This document shows positions 20,916 to 30,898 of a DNA stretch of 64,000 bases, piece by piece. The notes under the pieces are model-generated. The model was not told the origin of the DNA. It ran no database searches and worked only from the letters and a program-made list of their open reading frames with translations. The DNA is from Patescibacteria group bacterium (GTDB lineage: Bacteria; Patescibacteriota; Patescibacteriia; XYB2-FULL-38-15). Location: NCBI GenBank assembly GCA_041650995.1, contig JBAZJZ010000001.1, positions 427,302-491,301 of the forward strand, given 5' to 3'. How positions within the stretch are numbered: position 1 is the first letter of the stretch; every line of letters starts with the position of its first letter. Position numbers and translations under genes: made by a program.

Positions 20916-23342
20916 TTAACTCCTTAATTTCGCGCCGAACCGCTGCTCCAATTTTTTGATAATTTTCTGTTCTATATTTTTCGCTTCTTCAAGTTTCAAC
21001 GTCCGCTCGTCCGAACGATAAACAATTCTGAAAGCCAAGCTCTTTTTTCCTGGCTCCATTCCCCTGCCTTCATAAACATCAAAAAGTTTTACTTCTTTTA
21101 CTAATCTGTTTTCTGTCTCAAAAATATTTTTTAAAACATCATCCCAAACCGTTTTCCCGGACACCAAAATAGCCAGATCAAGCTCAATCGACGGATACTT
21201 TGGAACTGGTTCGTAGGCTGCTTCTTCTTTACATAATTTTACCAGTTCTTTAAAATTAATGCCAAAAATTCCAACCCTATGTCGCACGCCCGAAGCCTGC
21301 TGCACTTGCGGCGCGAGTTCTGTTACGATGCCAAGGGTTTTTCCGCCCGCCATGATTTTTACGGTTCTCGCGGCATTTGCCCACATTGGAACATCTTTTT
21401 GCCAAATCTCAAATTTATAAGCGACATGCAGGGTATCGAAAATTTCTGCGGCTGCGGTCTTTGCATCATAAAATGGTGTCTCGTTATTTTTCATCAAAAT
21501 CATCCCGACCAAAGATTCGTCTTGTTGCGGCAGGCGCAGGGCGCCTTTCCCATCTTTCTTTAATTCCCCTAATTCGCGAAAGAAAATTTTTCCGAGCTCA
21601 AAAATTTTCACCTCATCAACAAAATGCTGATTAGCCGAAATGTTCCCGACAAGTCCAGGAACCAAACTCTGCCGCAGATGTGTCAAATTTTTATTAATAG
21701 AATTTTTTAACCTAATATGCTCGGCCGGATTAAATCCAAACTTTTTTAAAACTTTTTCTTCAGTAAAAGAATAATTATAGACTTCAGTCATCCGAAGCCC
21801 GTTCGCCAAAATATTTTTTACTACTCGCTCCGCTTTTCGCGCGCGATTTTCTTCCGGCGCTGCCACGGCTGCTTCCGGCATTTTTACAGAAATATTTTCA
21901 TAACCATAAACGCGCGCCACTTCTTCAACTAAATCGTCGGCAATAGCAATGTCTTTTGTCGCTCGCCAAGTGGGAATTTTAACATTCAAAACTTTTCCAA
22001 CCCTTTTTACTCCAAAGCCCAAAGATTTCAAGATGTTTACTACTTTTGCCGGCGGTATGATCTCGCCGATTTTTTTATCCAAATAATCAAAACTTAATTT
22101 TATCGGACCCTGATTTAATTTAAAATTCTTTACGTCAACAATTTTTCCGATTTTTGCCCCAGGTATAACTTTAAGAATAAGCTCGAGTACCCGCGCCATT
22201 CCCAACTCTGCCAAATTCGGATCTAATCCTTTTTCAAAACGAATCGACGCCTCTGTCCGAAGCCCGAGTTTCATTGAAGTTTTTCTGACACTGATAAAAT
22301 AAAAATCCGCCGATTCCAAAATAATTTTTGAAGTTTTTTCATTGACCTCAGAATTTTGTCCACCCATCACTCCGGCAAGGGCTATTGCTTTTTTATTATC
22401 CGCGATTACAAGCATTGATTTATCAAGTTTTCTTTGCGCGCCATCGAGCGTCACGAAGTTCTCTCCCTCTTTTGCCTCGCGCACCACGATTGTTTTTTGT
22501 TTCGCATCGCCGATTTTATCAAAATCAAAAGCATGGAGCGGCTGGCCAAATTCCAACATCACATAATTTGTAATATCAACAATATTATTTATGGAACGAA
22601 CGCCGACCGATTCCAATCTGGCGGATAGCCACGTGGGTGACGGCCCGATTTTTATATTTTCCACCACCGCGCCGAGATATCGAGGACATAATTTTTTATT
22701 CAAAACCTTAACTTCAAATTTTACGGCCGGCTTAGAAAAACCTTTAGATTTTTTTATTTTATATTCTTTAAATTTTTGCCCAAGAATTGCCGCGACTTCC
22801 CGCGCCAAACCATAATGCCCCCAAAGATCTGAGCGATGCGAAAGAGATTTATTATCAATTTCATAAATTACATCTTTCAAGGGCATTAATTCGCTCACTT
22901 TTGTTCCGACTTTAGCCGCAGTATTTAAAACCAAAATGCCTGAATGGGACAAACCCAAACCTATTTCATCTTCAGAACAAATCATTCCTTCCGACATTAT
23001 TCCGCGCACTTCCCGCCGCTCGAGCATCAAGCCGTTGGGCAAAGTTACGCCCGGCAGAGCGACAACGACTTTTTGCCCGGCCGCGACGTTTGGCGCGCCG
23101 CAAACAATTGTTAAAATTTTTTCGTTGCCAATATCAACTTTCGTCACGGAAAGCCGGTCGGCATTCGGATGTTTTTCACGAGTTTTAACAAAACCCACGA
23201 CTAATTTATCCAAAACTTCACCACGCTTTTCTATTCCTTCAATTTCCGTTGTGGTCAACATCAATTTTGACGCCAAAATTTCCGGCGTGACGCCTTTGGG
23301 AATATTTACAAAATCTTTTAGCCAATTAAGTGATATTTTCAT
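20916..23342 (-). CDS. pheT: phenylalanyl-tRNA synthetase beta subunit
   Basis: MKISLNWLKDFVNI N-terminus, 808 aa. Confidence 0.95.
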   Translation of the reverse strand: MKISLNWLKDFVNIPKGVTPEILASKLMLTTTEIEGIEKRGEVLDKLVVGFVKTREKHPNADRLSVTKVDIGNEKILTIVCGAPNVAAGQKVVVALPGVTLPNGLMLERREVRGIMSEGMICSEDEIGLGLSHSGILVLNTAAKVGTKVSELMPLKDVIYEIDNKSLSHRSDLWGHYGLAREVAAILGQKFKEYKIKKSKGFSKPAVKFEVKVLNKKLCPRYLGAVVENIKIGPSPTWLSARLESVGVRSINNIVDITNYVMLEFGQPLHAFDFDKIGDAKQKTIVVREAKEGENFVTLDGAQRKLDKSMLVIADNKKAIALAGVMGGQNSEVNEKTSKIILESADFYFISVRKTSMKLGLRTEASIRFEKGLDPNLAELGMARVLELILKVIPGAKIGKIVDVKNFKLNQGPIKLSFDYLDKKIGEIIPPAKVVNILKSLGFGVKRVGKVLNVKIPTWRATKDIAIADDLVEEVARVYGYENISVKMPEAAVAAPEENRARKAERVVKNILANGLRMTEVYNYSFTEEKVLKKFGFNPAEHIRLKNSINKNLTHLRQSLVPGLVGNISANQHFVDEVKIFELGKIFFRELGELKKDGKGALRLPQQDESLVGMILMKNNETPFYDAKTAAAEIFDTLHVAYKFEIWQKDVPMWANAARTVKIMAGGKTLGIVTELAPQVQQASGVRHRVGIFGINFKELVKLCKEEAAYEPVPKYPSIELDLAILVSGKTVWDDVLKNIFETENRLVKEVKLFDVYEGRGMEPGKKSLAFRIVYRSDERTLKLEEAKNIEQKIIKKLEQRFGAKLRS

Positions 23343-23353
23343 ACCTTATAACA

Positions 23354-23430
23354 ACTAATTACTTAATTACTAATTACCTAATTATACTTTTTTATCAGTA
23401 AGTACTCGGGTAATTGAGTAATTGGTAAAT
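23354..23430. repeat. (TAATTAC)n palindromic intergenic element, copy 1
   Basis: TAATTACTTAATTACTAATTACCTAATTA ... GGTAATTGAGTAATTGGTAA. The arms are inverted, built from TAATTAC-like units. The core GGTAATTGAGTAATT is shared with copies at 28588-28657 and 63614-63694. Confidence 0.55.
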
Positions 23431-23434
23431 AAAA

Positions 23435-24460
23435 TCAAAATTGTTGCAAAAATCTAATATCTCCTCCGCAAAATAGTCTGACATCATCAATGCCATATTT
23501 TAACATCGCAAGCCGTGTCAATCCAAAACCGAAAGCAAAACCGCTCCATTTTTCCGGATTTATTCCGCCCGCCTTCAAAACATTGGGATGGATTAGACCG
23601 GCGCCGAAAATTTCAAGCCATCCGGTATTTTTACAAAGCCGGCAACCTTTTCCATGGCAGAGAAAACAAGTTACCTCGCCGTTTACGCCCGGCTCGACAA
23701 AAGGGAAATATTTTGGCCTAAGCCGAACGCGCGTGTCTTTTCCATATAATTTTTGGGCTGTCACTTCAAGAATCGCTTTTAAATTTGCGAAGGAAATAGT
23801 TTTATCAATCATAAATCCTTCCAATTGATAAAAAGTGTGCTCGTGACGAGCGTCGGTCGCCTCGTTTCTAAAGCACCGGCCGGGCACAATCGCCCGAAGC
23901 GGCGCGCCATATTTTTCCATAGCCCTGACTTGCATCGGCGAAGTCTGCGTACGCATTAAAAGTCCCTCTCCTTCAACATAAAAAGTATCTTGCATTTCTC
24001 GCGCTGGATGCCATGCGGGAATATTTAACGCCTCAAAATTATAATACTCAGACTCAAGTTCCGGCCCGTCTAAAACCATAAAACCCATTGAAGAAAAAAT
24101 ATCTTCCAGCTCATATTGAACTTTTGAAACTGGATTTAAGTGTCCAGAGCCGTTACTTAACTTAGAAGCGGTCACATCAATCCAATCTTTTTCATCTACC
24201 GCTCCTATTCCTTTTCCACTAAATGTTTTTTTTACTCGCCCGATTTCGCTCGCGAGTGCCTGCTTAACTTGGTTTGCAAGATCGCCGGCTTTCCCCCGCT
24301 CTTCCGTTGGTAATTCGCCGACTGTCCGCAGAATTTTAGTCAACTCCCCTTTTCGGCCAAGATATTTAATTTCAAAATTTTGCAGTTGATTTTCTCCGCT
24401 GATTTTTTTAATTTCATCCAACGCTTTTGTTTTCAATTGTTGAAGTTGTTCCTGCAACAT
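23435..24460 (-). CDS. pheS: phenylalanyl-tRNA synthetase alpha subunit
   Basis: Class II motifs, 341 aa, directly upstream of pheT. Confidence 0.95.
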   Translation of the reverse strand: MLQEQLQQLKTKALDEIKKISGENQLQNFEIKYLGRKGELTKILRTVGELPTEERGKAGDLANQVKQALASEIGRVKKTFSGKGIGAVDEKDWIDVTASKLSNGSGHLNPVSKVQYELEDIFSSMGFMVLDGPELESEYYNFEALNIPAWHPAREMQDTFYVEGEGLLMRTQTSPMQVRAMEKYGAPLRAIVPGRCFRNEATDARHEHTFYQLEGFMIDKTISFANLKAILEVTAQKLYGKDTRVRLRPKYFPFVEPGVNGEVTCFLCHGKGCRLCKNTGWLEIFGAGLIHPNVLKAGGINPEKWSGFAFGFGLTRLAMLKYGIDDVRLFCGGDIRFLQQF

Positions 24461-24464
24461 AAAG

Positions 24465-25574
24465 TTAATTTATAATTTTATCCCACAATCCCACAAATTT
24501 ATCGCTAAATTTTATAACGTCGCGATAAGTAACGAGCAAAACTAAAAGCATTAAAAGACCAAATCCGATATTGTGAACCAAATTTTCAATTTTTTGACTA
24601 ACCGGTTTACGGCGAATTTTTTCAATCAGAAGGAAAAGTAATCTTCCGCCATCCAACGCCGGGAAAGGTAAAAAATTTATCACTGCCAAATTTATGGAAA
24701 GCAATGCCGTGAATTGCAGAAGATAAATTATTCCCATTCTTGCCACTTGTCCGGTCAAAACGGCAATGCCAACCGGGCCGGAAAGATCAACGGAAACTTT
24801 TTGCGTGACAATTAAATTTTTAATTAATTCATAAAAAGCGACAGCTACTTCGCCGGTAAATAAAACCGCGCTTTCTGCTCCTTTCCATAAAGACAAATAC
24901 CAAGGATACGAAACAATTCCAGTTTTTAAGAGCCCCACGCCAATGCCGCCGCGCCCAGTTTCGATCAAAAATGTTGGGCTAATTTCCTTATCAATTTTCT
25001 GGCTGTCTCTTTCCAGCACAAATTTTATTGGCACATCAATTTTTCCGGCAAGATAATTTTGCATAGATTCTACATCTTCCACTTTCTGACCATCTATTTC
25101 TAAAATTGTGTCTCCAGGGAAGATCCCCACTTCCGCCGCCGGCGTTTCTTCCAAAACCTGAACAACCTGGACTCTGGCGTCGCGGATTCTGGCATAGCCA
25201 TTTTCTCCATTAATAACCTGCGGCAAACCAATCATAAAACCGATTGATAAAAGAACCGCAGCTAAAACAAAATTCATCAAAACTCCGGCACTTAAAATTA
25301 CCGCGCGCCGCCAAATTTTTTTATGGGAAAAACTGTCTTCGTCTTCTTTATTTTCACCATCTTCACCTTTAATTTTTACAAAACCTCCAAGCGGTATCCA
25401 GTTTATGGAATAAATTGTTTCTCCTTTTTTTATTCCAAAAATACGCGGTGGAAATCCAAAACCAAACTCTTCAACTTTCACGCCGTTTTTTCTCGCGGCG
25501 ACAAAATGGCCGAGTTCGTGAACGAATACGAGAAGGCCGAGAATTAGAACGAAAACGATTATGGTGATAAGCAT
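24465..25574 (-). CDS. rseP: RseP-like site-2 metalloprotease (M50) with a PDZ domain
   Basis: HELGHF zinc motif in the first TM segment, polytopic, 369 aa. Confidence 0.8.
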   Translation of the reverse strand: MLITIIVFVLILGLLVFVHELGHFVAARKNGVKVEEFGFGFPPRIFGIKKGETIYSINWIPLGGFVKIKGEDGENKEDEDSFSHKKIWRRAVILSAGVLMNFVLAAVLLSIGFMIGLPQVINGENGYARIRDARVQVVQVLEETPAAEVGIFPGDTILEIDGQKVEDVESMQNYLAGKIDVPIKFVLERDSQKIDKEISPTFLIETGRGGIGVGLLKTGIVSYPWYLSLWKGAESAVLFTGEVAVAFYELIKNLIVTQKVSVDLSGPVGIAVLTGQVARMGIIYLLQFTALLSINLAVINFLPFPALDGGRLLFLLIEKIRRKPVSQKIENLVHNIGFGLLMLLVLLVTYRDVIKFSDKFVGLWDKIIN

Positions 25575-25589
25575 AGTTAATTTAAATTT

Positions 25590-25725
25590 TTATCTTTATA
25601 AAATCCAAATGTCAAAATCCAAATTTCAAATCAATGACTAAAATTCAAATGACTAAAAATTGTTTTGGGTTTTGGATTTTGGATTTGATTTGACATTTGA
25701 GCTTTGGGTTTGGGATTTCATTATT
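25590..25725. promoter_or_regulatory. imperfect long palindrome built from AAATCCAAA / TTTGGATTT and CAAATGTCAAA / TTTGACATTTG units, likely the rseP promoter region or a murI terminator
   Basis: Both arms contain TTGACA-like hexamers. On the minus strand TTGACA is followed 17 bp later by TATAAA, upstream of the rseP start. Confidence 0.35.
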
Positions 25726-26522
25726 TATCCCACTTCCGCCCTCTCAAACTTCACCACTTTCCCGAGTAACTTTTCCGCAATCCGCGGCACCTGTGCCGTA
25801 AGATCAGAAACAAAAAATTTATGATCCCCATCTTTTCCTAAACTCTTTTCCACACTATCATTTTTGATCAAAAATTTTTTCAGTTCGTGGACAACTTCCT
25901 CGGCGGAATCAACTAACTTAACTTTTCGGCCAATTCTCGTTTTAATAATATTTTTCAAAACTGGATAATGAGTGCAACCTAAAATCAAAGTATCAATTTG
26001 TTTGTTCTTGAGAGGCTGAAGATATTTTCTAACAATTTTTTTTGTTTCCGGCTGATTAAGCCAAGCTTCCTCAACCAATGGCACGAGCAACGGACAAGCC
26101 TGACTTTCTACTTGAATATTTATATTTTCTTTTTTTATCATTGCCTCATAAACGCCGCTTGAAATTGTGGCTCGCGTACCAATAACTCCGGCTTTCCCGC
26201 GCGTAGCAGAAATTGCCGCCCGAACCGCCGGCATAATCACTTCAAAAACCGGAACATTTAATTCTTTTCTTAAAATTTCCGCGGCGAAAGCTGAAGCGGT
26301 ATTGCAGGCGATAACAATTATCTTCGCACCATGATCCAACAAAAATTTTGCGTCTTCGCGCGCGTATTTTATAATTGTCTCTTTGCTTTTCGTACCATAC
26401 GGCGTTCGCGCGGTATCACCGAAATAAATAATTTTGTAATCTGGTAATTCTTTAAAAATTTCCCGAACGACTGTCAACCCGCCAACCCCTGAATCAAAAA
26501 TGCCAATCATATTATTTGCCAA
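25725..26522 (-). CDS. murI: glutamate racemase
   Basis: IGIFDSGVGGLTVV and ACNTAS motifs, 265 aa. Confidence 0.85.
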   Translation of the reverse strand: MANNMIGIFDSGVGGLTVVREIFKELPDYKIIYFGDTARTPYGTKSKETIIKYAREDAKFLLDHGAKIIVIACNTASAFAAEILRKELNVPVFEVIMPAVRAAISATRGKAGVIGTRATISSGVYEAMIKKENINIQVESQACPLLVPLVEEAWLNQPETKKIVRKYLQPLKNKQIDTLILGCTHYPVLKNIIKTRIGRKVKLVDSAEEVVHELKKFLIKNDSVEKSLGKDGDHKFFVSDLTAQVPRIAEKLLGKVVKFERAEVG

Positions 26523-27861
26523 TAATCTCCGTTAATTCCTTTTTCTTTTCCTCCATTAATTCTTTTGTTTTTGCTTCTAAATTCAATCTTAATAATGGCT
26601 CAGTATTTGACGGCCGAACATTAAACCACCAATCGGAAAAATCAAGGCGAACACCATCGAGATGAGATATTTCGCTCGCTGCCGCACCATATTTTTCTTC
26701 TAATTCTTTCATTTTTCTCGTCTTATCTCTAACTTCAAAATTTATTTCTCCAGAATGATAATATCGCGAAAGCGGCGCGACAATTTCCGAAAAACTTTTT
26801 CCAGACTGGCTGATAATTTCCAATAATTTAAGCATTGTCAAATCGCCAGATTCCACATTATAAAAATCCCGATAATAAAAATGGGAAGAAAATTCTCCGG
26901 CAAAAAACGCGCCATTATCCCACATCTGTTTTTTAATCAAAGCATGCCCAACGCGGCACATTTCCGCCCGACCGCCCGTATTCTCTACTTCTTCGCGGAC
27001 CACCAAGCTTGAACGCACATCATAAAGAACCAATTCACCTGGATTTTTTTGAAGCAACTCCCGAGCAATTAAAGCCAGAATTAAATCGGCGCGAACTGTT
27101 TCTCCTTTTTCATCAACAAAACCAATTCGATCCGCGTCACCGTCAATCGCCACACCCATGTCCGCGCCCTCCTCCAAAACTTTCTTTTTTAAATCAACCA
27201 AAGTTTCTTCTTTCAACGGATTCGCTTCATGATTCGGAAAACTTCCATCCAATTCAAAATATAACGGAATTATTTTACACGGAATTTTTTTAAAAATTTC
27301 TGGCAATGGAATCACACCAACGGCGTTCGCGGTATCAACTACAATTTTTAAAGGTTTAATTTTTTCCGCATCAACTAAACTTAAAACTTTTTTAACATAA
27401 GCGTCTAAAATTTCTTTTTTAGCTATTTTACCGCGAGTGGCGGCCTCGGGAAATTTTCCTTCTATCACCATTTTTTTAAGCTCGGCCATGCCCGTGTTTT
27501 CGCCAATTGGCAGGGCATTCTCATAACACAACTTTAAACCATTATAATCTTTAGGATTATGTGAAGCAGTCACCATAATCCCCGCTTCATGTTCCTTATA
27601 TTCAGCCACGGCGAAATTCAGCATTGGCGTCGTAACAAGGCCAATGTTAATGGCATCTGCCCCTTGTTCGGTAACGCCCTTCATAACCGCTTGGATCAAA
27701 GAATCTGACGAAAAACGGGCATCATGACCAACTACTATTGTTTTAGCGCCGGTAATTACGACCATCGCCCGTCCCACAAGATAAGCAGTTTCTTCATTTA
27801 AATCCCGTGGATAGACTCCACGGATATCGTAAGCCTTAAAAATTGATGAATTTATGGACAT
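26512..27861 (-). CDS. phosphoglucosamine mutase / phosphomannomutase-family protein
   Basis: Active-site loop GIMVTASHNPKDYNGLK. Four-domain alpha-D-phosphohexomutase architecture. Confidence 0.7.
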   Translation of the reverse strand: MSINSSIFKAYDIRGVYPRDLNEETAYLVGRAMVVITGAKTIVVGHDARFSSDSLIQAVMKGVTEQGADAINIGLVTTPMLNFAVAEYKEHEAGIMVTASHNPKDYNGLKLCYENALPIGENTGMAELKKMVIEGKFPEAATRGKIAKKEILDAYVKKVLSLVDAEKIKPLKIVVDTANAVGVIPLPEIFKKIPCKIIPLYFELDGSFPNHEANPLKEETLVDLKKKVLEEGADMGVAIDGDADRIGFVDEKGETVRADLILALIARELLQKNPGELVLYDVRSSLVVREEVENTGGRAEMCRVGHALIKKQMWDNGAFFAGEFSSHFYYRDFYNVESGDLTMLKLLEIISQSGKSFSEIVAPLSRYYHSGEINFEVRDKTRKMKELEEKYGAAASEISHLDGVRLDFSDWWFNVRPSNTEPLLRLNLEAKTKELMEEKKKELTEIIGK

Positions 27862-28005
27862 AAAACAACTTCAAAGATAACTTTGACTTTTGTGTTTTTT
27901 CATTATATAATAATAAAGGAATTAAGACAAATTTAACTTGCGACGCCGAACTTTCAACTTACGAATTTTCGTTAGTTGTTTGTCGCCAGTCGTTTATTGT
28001 AAACT

Positions 28006-28569
28006 ATGGCTATTTACTGGGTAATCTTGGGTGTCCTGGGCCTAATCGTCGTTTGGCTCATCGCCACTTACAACGGACTAATTACTCTCCGAAACCGCAC
28101 GGATGAAGCCTGGTCTGACATTGATGTCCAATTAAAACGCCGCTATGACTTGATTCCAAATCTTGTGGAAACAGTCAAGGGATATGCTGGACACGAAAAA
28201 GAAGTTTTTGAAAAAGTAACTTTGGCCCGCGCCGCGGCTATTAACGCGGAAAAAAGCGGAAACCCGGCCGAGATCGCGAAAACGGAAAATATGCTCGCCG
28301 GAACATTAAAAACACTTTTTGCCGTAGCGGAAAATTATCCCGATCTCAAAGCTTCGCAAAATTTCTTGCAACTGCAAGATGAGCTTTCCGATACGGAAAA
28401 TAAAGTCCAGGCCGCTCGCCGCTTTTACAACGGCAATGTCCGCGACTTCAATATCAAACTAGAAAAATTCCCGACCAACATGATTGCCGGTATATTTGGT
28501 TTCAAATCAAAACAATTTTTTGAAATAGAAGAGGCGGCGCAAAGAGAAGCAGTAAAAGTCAGTTTCTAG
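28006..28569 (+). CDS. lemA: LemA-family membrane protein
   Basis: N-terminal TM then [33 protein letters not shown], the LemA signature. Confidence 0.8.
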   Translation: MAIYWVILGVLGLIVVWLIATYNGLITLRNRTDEAWSDIDVQLKRRYDLIPNLVETVKGYAGHEKEVFEKVTLARAAAINAEKSGNPAEIAKTENMLAGTLKTLFAVAENYPDLKASQNFLQLQDELSDTENKVQAARRFYNGNVRDFNIKLEKFPTNMIAGIFGFKSKQFFEIEEAAQREAVKVSF

Positions 28570-28587
28570 CTCCGCGACGAAAGCAAT

Positions 28588-28657
28588 AAATTACTCAATT
28601 ACTCAATTACCAAATTATTTGATGGTAATTAAGTAACTAATAGTAACTGGGTAATTA
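28588..28657. repeat. (TAATTAC)n palindromic intergenic element, copy 2
   Basis: AATTACTCAATTACTCAATTACC ... GGTAATTAAGTAACTAATAGTAACTGGGTAATTAC, between lemA and htpX. Confidence 0.55.
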
Positions 28658-28678
28658 CAGCCCCTACTGTTTTTAATT

Positions 28679-29575
28679 ATGTACAAACAGATTGTTTCTA
28701 ATAAGCGAAAATCATTTTTGTTAATCGCGTTTTTTGTTATTTTTGTCGTTTTTCTTGGTTGGATTTTCGGACAATTTACCGGCGACTCGTATGGAGTATT
28801 AATCTTAGCTTTAATAATTTCTCTTACGATGGCGCTCATAAGTTTTTATAGCGGCGATAAAGTCGCGCTCTGGACGGCCGGGGCGAAAGGCCCAATCCAG
28901 AAAATCGATAACCCTTACGTTTATCGATTAGTAGAAAATCTCTGCATAACCGCGGGCCTCCCGACGCCCAAAATTTATCTAATCCCCGATCCGGCGCCTA
29001 ATGCATTTGCCACCGGCCGCGACCCGAAACACGCTTCCATCGCCCTAACTACCGGATTGATTGAACGGCTGGAAAATGAAGAGCTAGAGGGAGTTATTGC
29101 CCACGAACTTTCTCATATTAAAAATTATGATATCCGCCTGATGATGATTGTGATTGTTTTAGTTGGAATCGTGGCCCTTCTCTCCAACTGGCTACTGCGA
29201 TTTCGTTTTTTGGGAGGAAGGCGCGATGATCGCGAAGGTAGCGGACAAATTGGCGTGATATTACTTTTAGCCGGCATTGTCCTCGCCATTCTTTCGCCAC
29301 TCATCTCTAAATTAATTCAGCTTGCAGTTTCAAGAAAACGGGAATTTTTGGCCGATGCCGATGGTGCTCTTTTAACGCGTTACCCCGAAGGGCTTGCCAG
29401 AGCTTTAGAAAAAATTTCCGTGTATACCGAGCCAATGGCAAGAGCCAACGACGCCACAGCCCACCTCTATATTTCAAATCCTTTTGGGGGGAGAAAAAAT
29501 AAATTTTTTCATAAATTATTTTCTACTCATCCTCCGGCTGAAGAAAGGATCAAGGCACTACGCACGATGGCGTAA
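28679..29575 (+). CDS. htpX: HtpX-family M48 membrane zinc protease
   Basis: HELSHIKNYD HExxH motif, N-terminal TMs, 298 aa. Confidence 0.85.
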   Translation: MYKQIVSNKRKSFLLIAFFVIFVVFLGWIFGQFTGDSYGVLILALIISLTMALISFYSGDKVALWTAGAKGPIQKIDNPYVYRLVENLCITAGLPTPKIYLIPDPAPNAFATGRDPKHASIALTTGLIERLENEELEGVIAHELSHIKNYDIRLMMIVIVLVGIVALLSNWLLRFRFLGGRRDDREGSGQIGVILLLAGIVLAILSPLISKLIQLAVSRKREFLADADGALLTRYPEGLARALEKISVYTEPMARANDATAHLYISNPFGGRKNKFFHKLFSTHPPAEERIKALRTMA

Positions 29576-29617
29576 TTAATTTTTAATTTTACATTTTTAA
29601 TTTTTAACTTTCATAAT

Positions 29618-30865
29618 ATGGATTGGAAAAAAATTTTAGTTGTTGTACTTTTTGTCAGTATCACGCTGGGTATGGGCATTCTTATGTATTATGTTTTTTT
29701 CCGGCCGACTCCGCCGCTTACAAACGTCCCCATTACCAATGAAGCTGTCACGCCCGGCGGGCTCGGCCGCGCGCTGGAAGGTCCCCCAACACCGGTTGAG
29801 GTTTCTGCCACTCCAACTCAAATTTTGGCCCCATCTCTTACCCCTCCGCCACAATTGCCATCAGAAATTTCCCGAGTGGCCAAAGGCGACATAACATGGG
29901 TTGGCACCCTAGTTAATAAACCCATCTCCAACGCCAAACTGGCTTCAAACGGAAAAGATGTTGCTTACTATGATACCGCTGACGGAAAATTTTACCGCGT
30001 TGATGAAAACGGAAATGCCGTCAAACTGTCTGATAAAATTTTTCAAAATGTGGAAAAAGTAAGTTGGGCGCCGACAACTGATAAAGCAATCTTGGAATTT
30101 CCTGACGGAGCAAATATCCTTTATGATTTTACTTCCGAAAAACAATTCACTCTTCCGCAACACTGGGAAGATTTTAGTTTTTCTCCCGATGGAACTCAGA
30201 TTGCCGGAAAAAGCATGGGCATTGACCCTGATAATCGTTGGCTTTTTATTTCCGACCCTGACGGTACGGGAATAAAAGCCATTGAACCTTTAGGCAATAA
30301 CGCGAATAAAGTTGAGGTAAATTGGTCTCCTAATAATCAAGTTATCGCCACTTCTCGCACCGGCCAAGCAATGGGCTTTGAACGCCAACAAATTCTTTTA
30401 GTTGGGAAAAATCATGAAAATTTCCCAGGTCTTACTGTTGAGGGTCAAGGATTTCAGTCGCAGTGGTCTAAAACCGGCGATCGCCTTCTTTATTCCGTTT
30501 ATAATTCCGCGTCAGATTACAAACCGGTTCTCTGGCTCGTCGGCGCGCAGGGAGATAATATCGGATCAGGCAGAAGAAGCCTTTCGGTTAACACCTGGGC
30601 TGACAAATGCACTTTTGCTGACAATGAAACTGTTTACTGTGCTGTGCCACAAGCAATGGAAACTGGCGCCGGATTTCAACCAGATCTTTTTAGCTCTGTC
30701 CCTGATTCATTTTATAAAATAGATTTATCAACAGGACTCAGAAGTCTTGTCGCTGTTCCTTATGGATCTTTTACCGCGGAAAACGTCGCGGTTACCTCCG
30801 ACGGCCGATATTTAACTTTTACCAACAGTCAGACCGGGCGGCTGGAACGTATCCAATTGCAATAA
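29618..30865 (+). CDS. membrane-anchored beta-propeller (PD40/TolB-like repeat) protein
   Basis: Signal anchor. Repeated FSPDGTQIAGKS and WSPNNQVIATS blades. Confidence 0.4.
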   Translation: MDWKKILVVVLFVSITLGMGILMYYVFFRPTPPLTNVPITNEAVTPGGLGRALEGPPTPVEVSATPTQILAPSLTPPPQLPSEISRVAKGDITWVGTLVNKPISNAKLASNGKDVAYYDTADGKFYRVDENGNAVKLSDKIFQNVEKVSWAPTTDKAILEFPDGANILYDFTSEKQFTLPQHWEDFSFSPDGTQIAGKSMGIDPDNRWLFISDPDGTGIKAIEPLGNNANKVEVNWSPNNQVIATSRTGQAMGFERQQILLVGKNHENFPGLTVEGQGFQSQWSKTGDRLLYSVYNSASDYKPVLWLVGAQGDNIGSGRRSLSVNTWADKCTFADNETVYCAVPQAMETGAGFQPDLFSSVPDSFYKIDLSTGLRSLVAVPYGSFTAENVAVTSDGRYLTFTNSQTGRLERIQLQ

Positions 30866-30898
30866 ATAAAATACCTTAAATACATTTTTAAAATAATT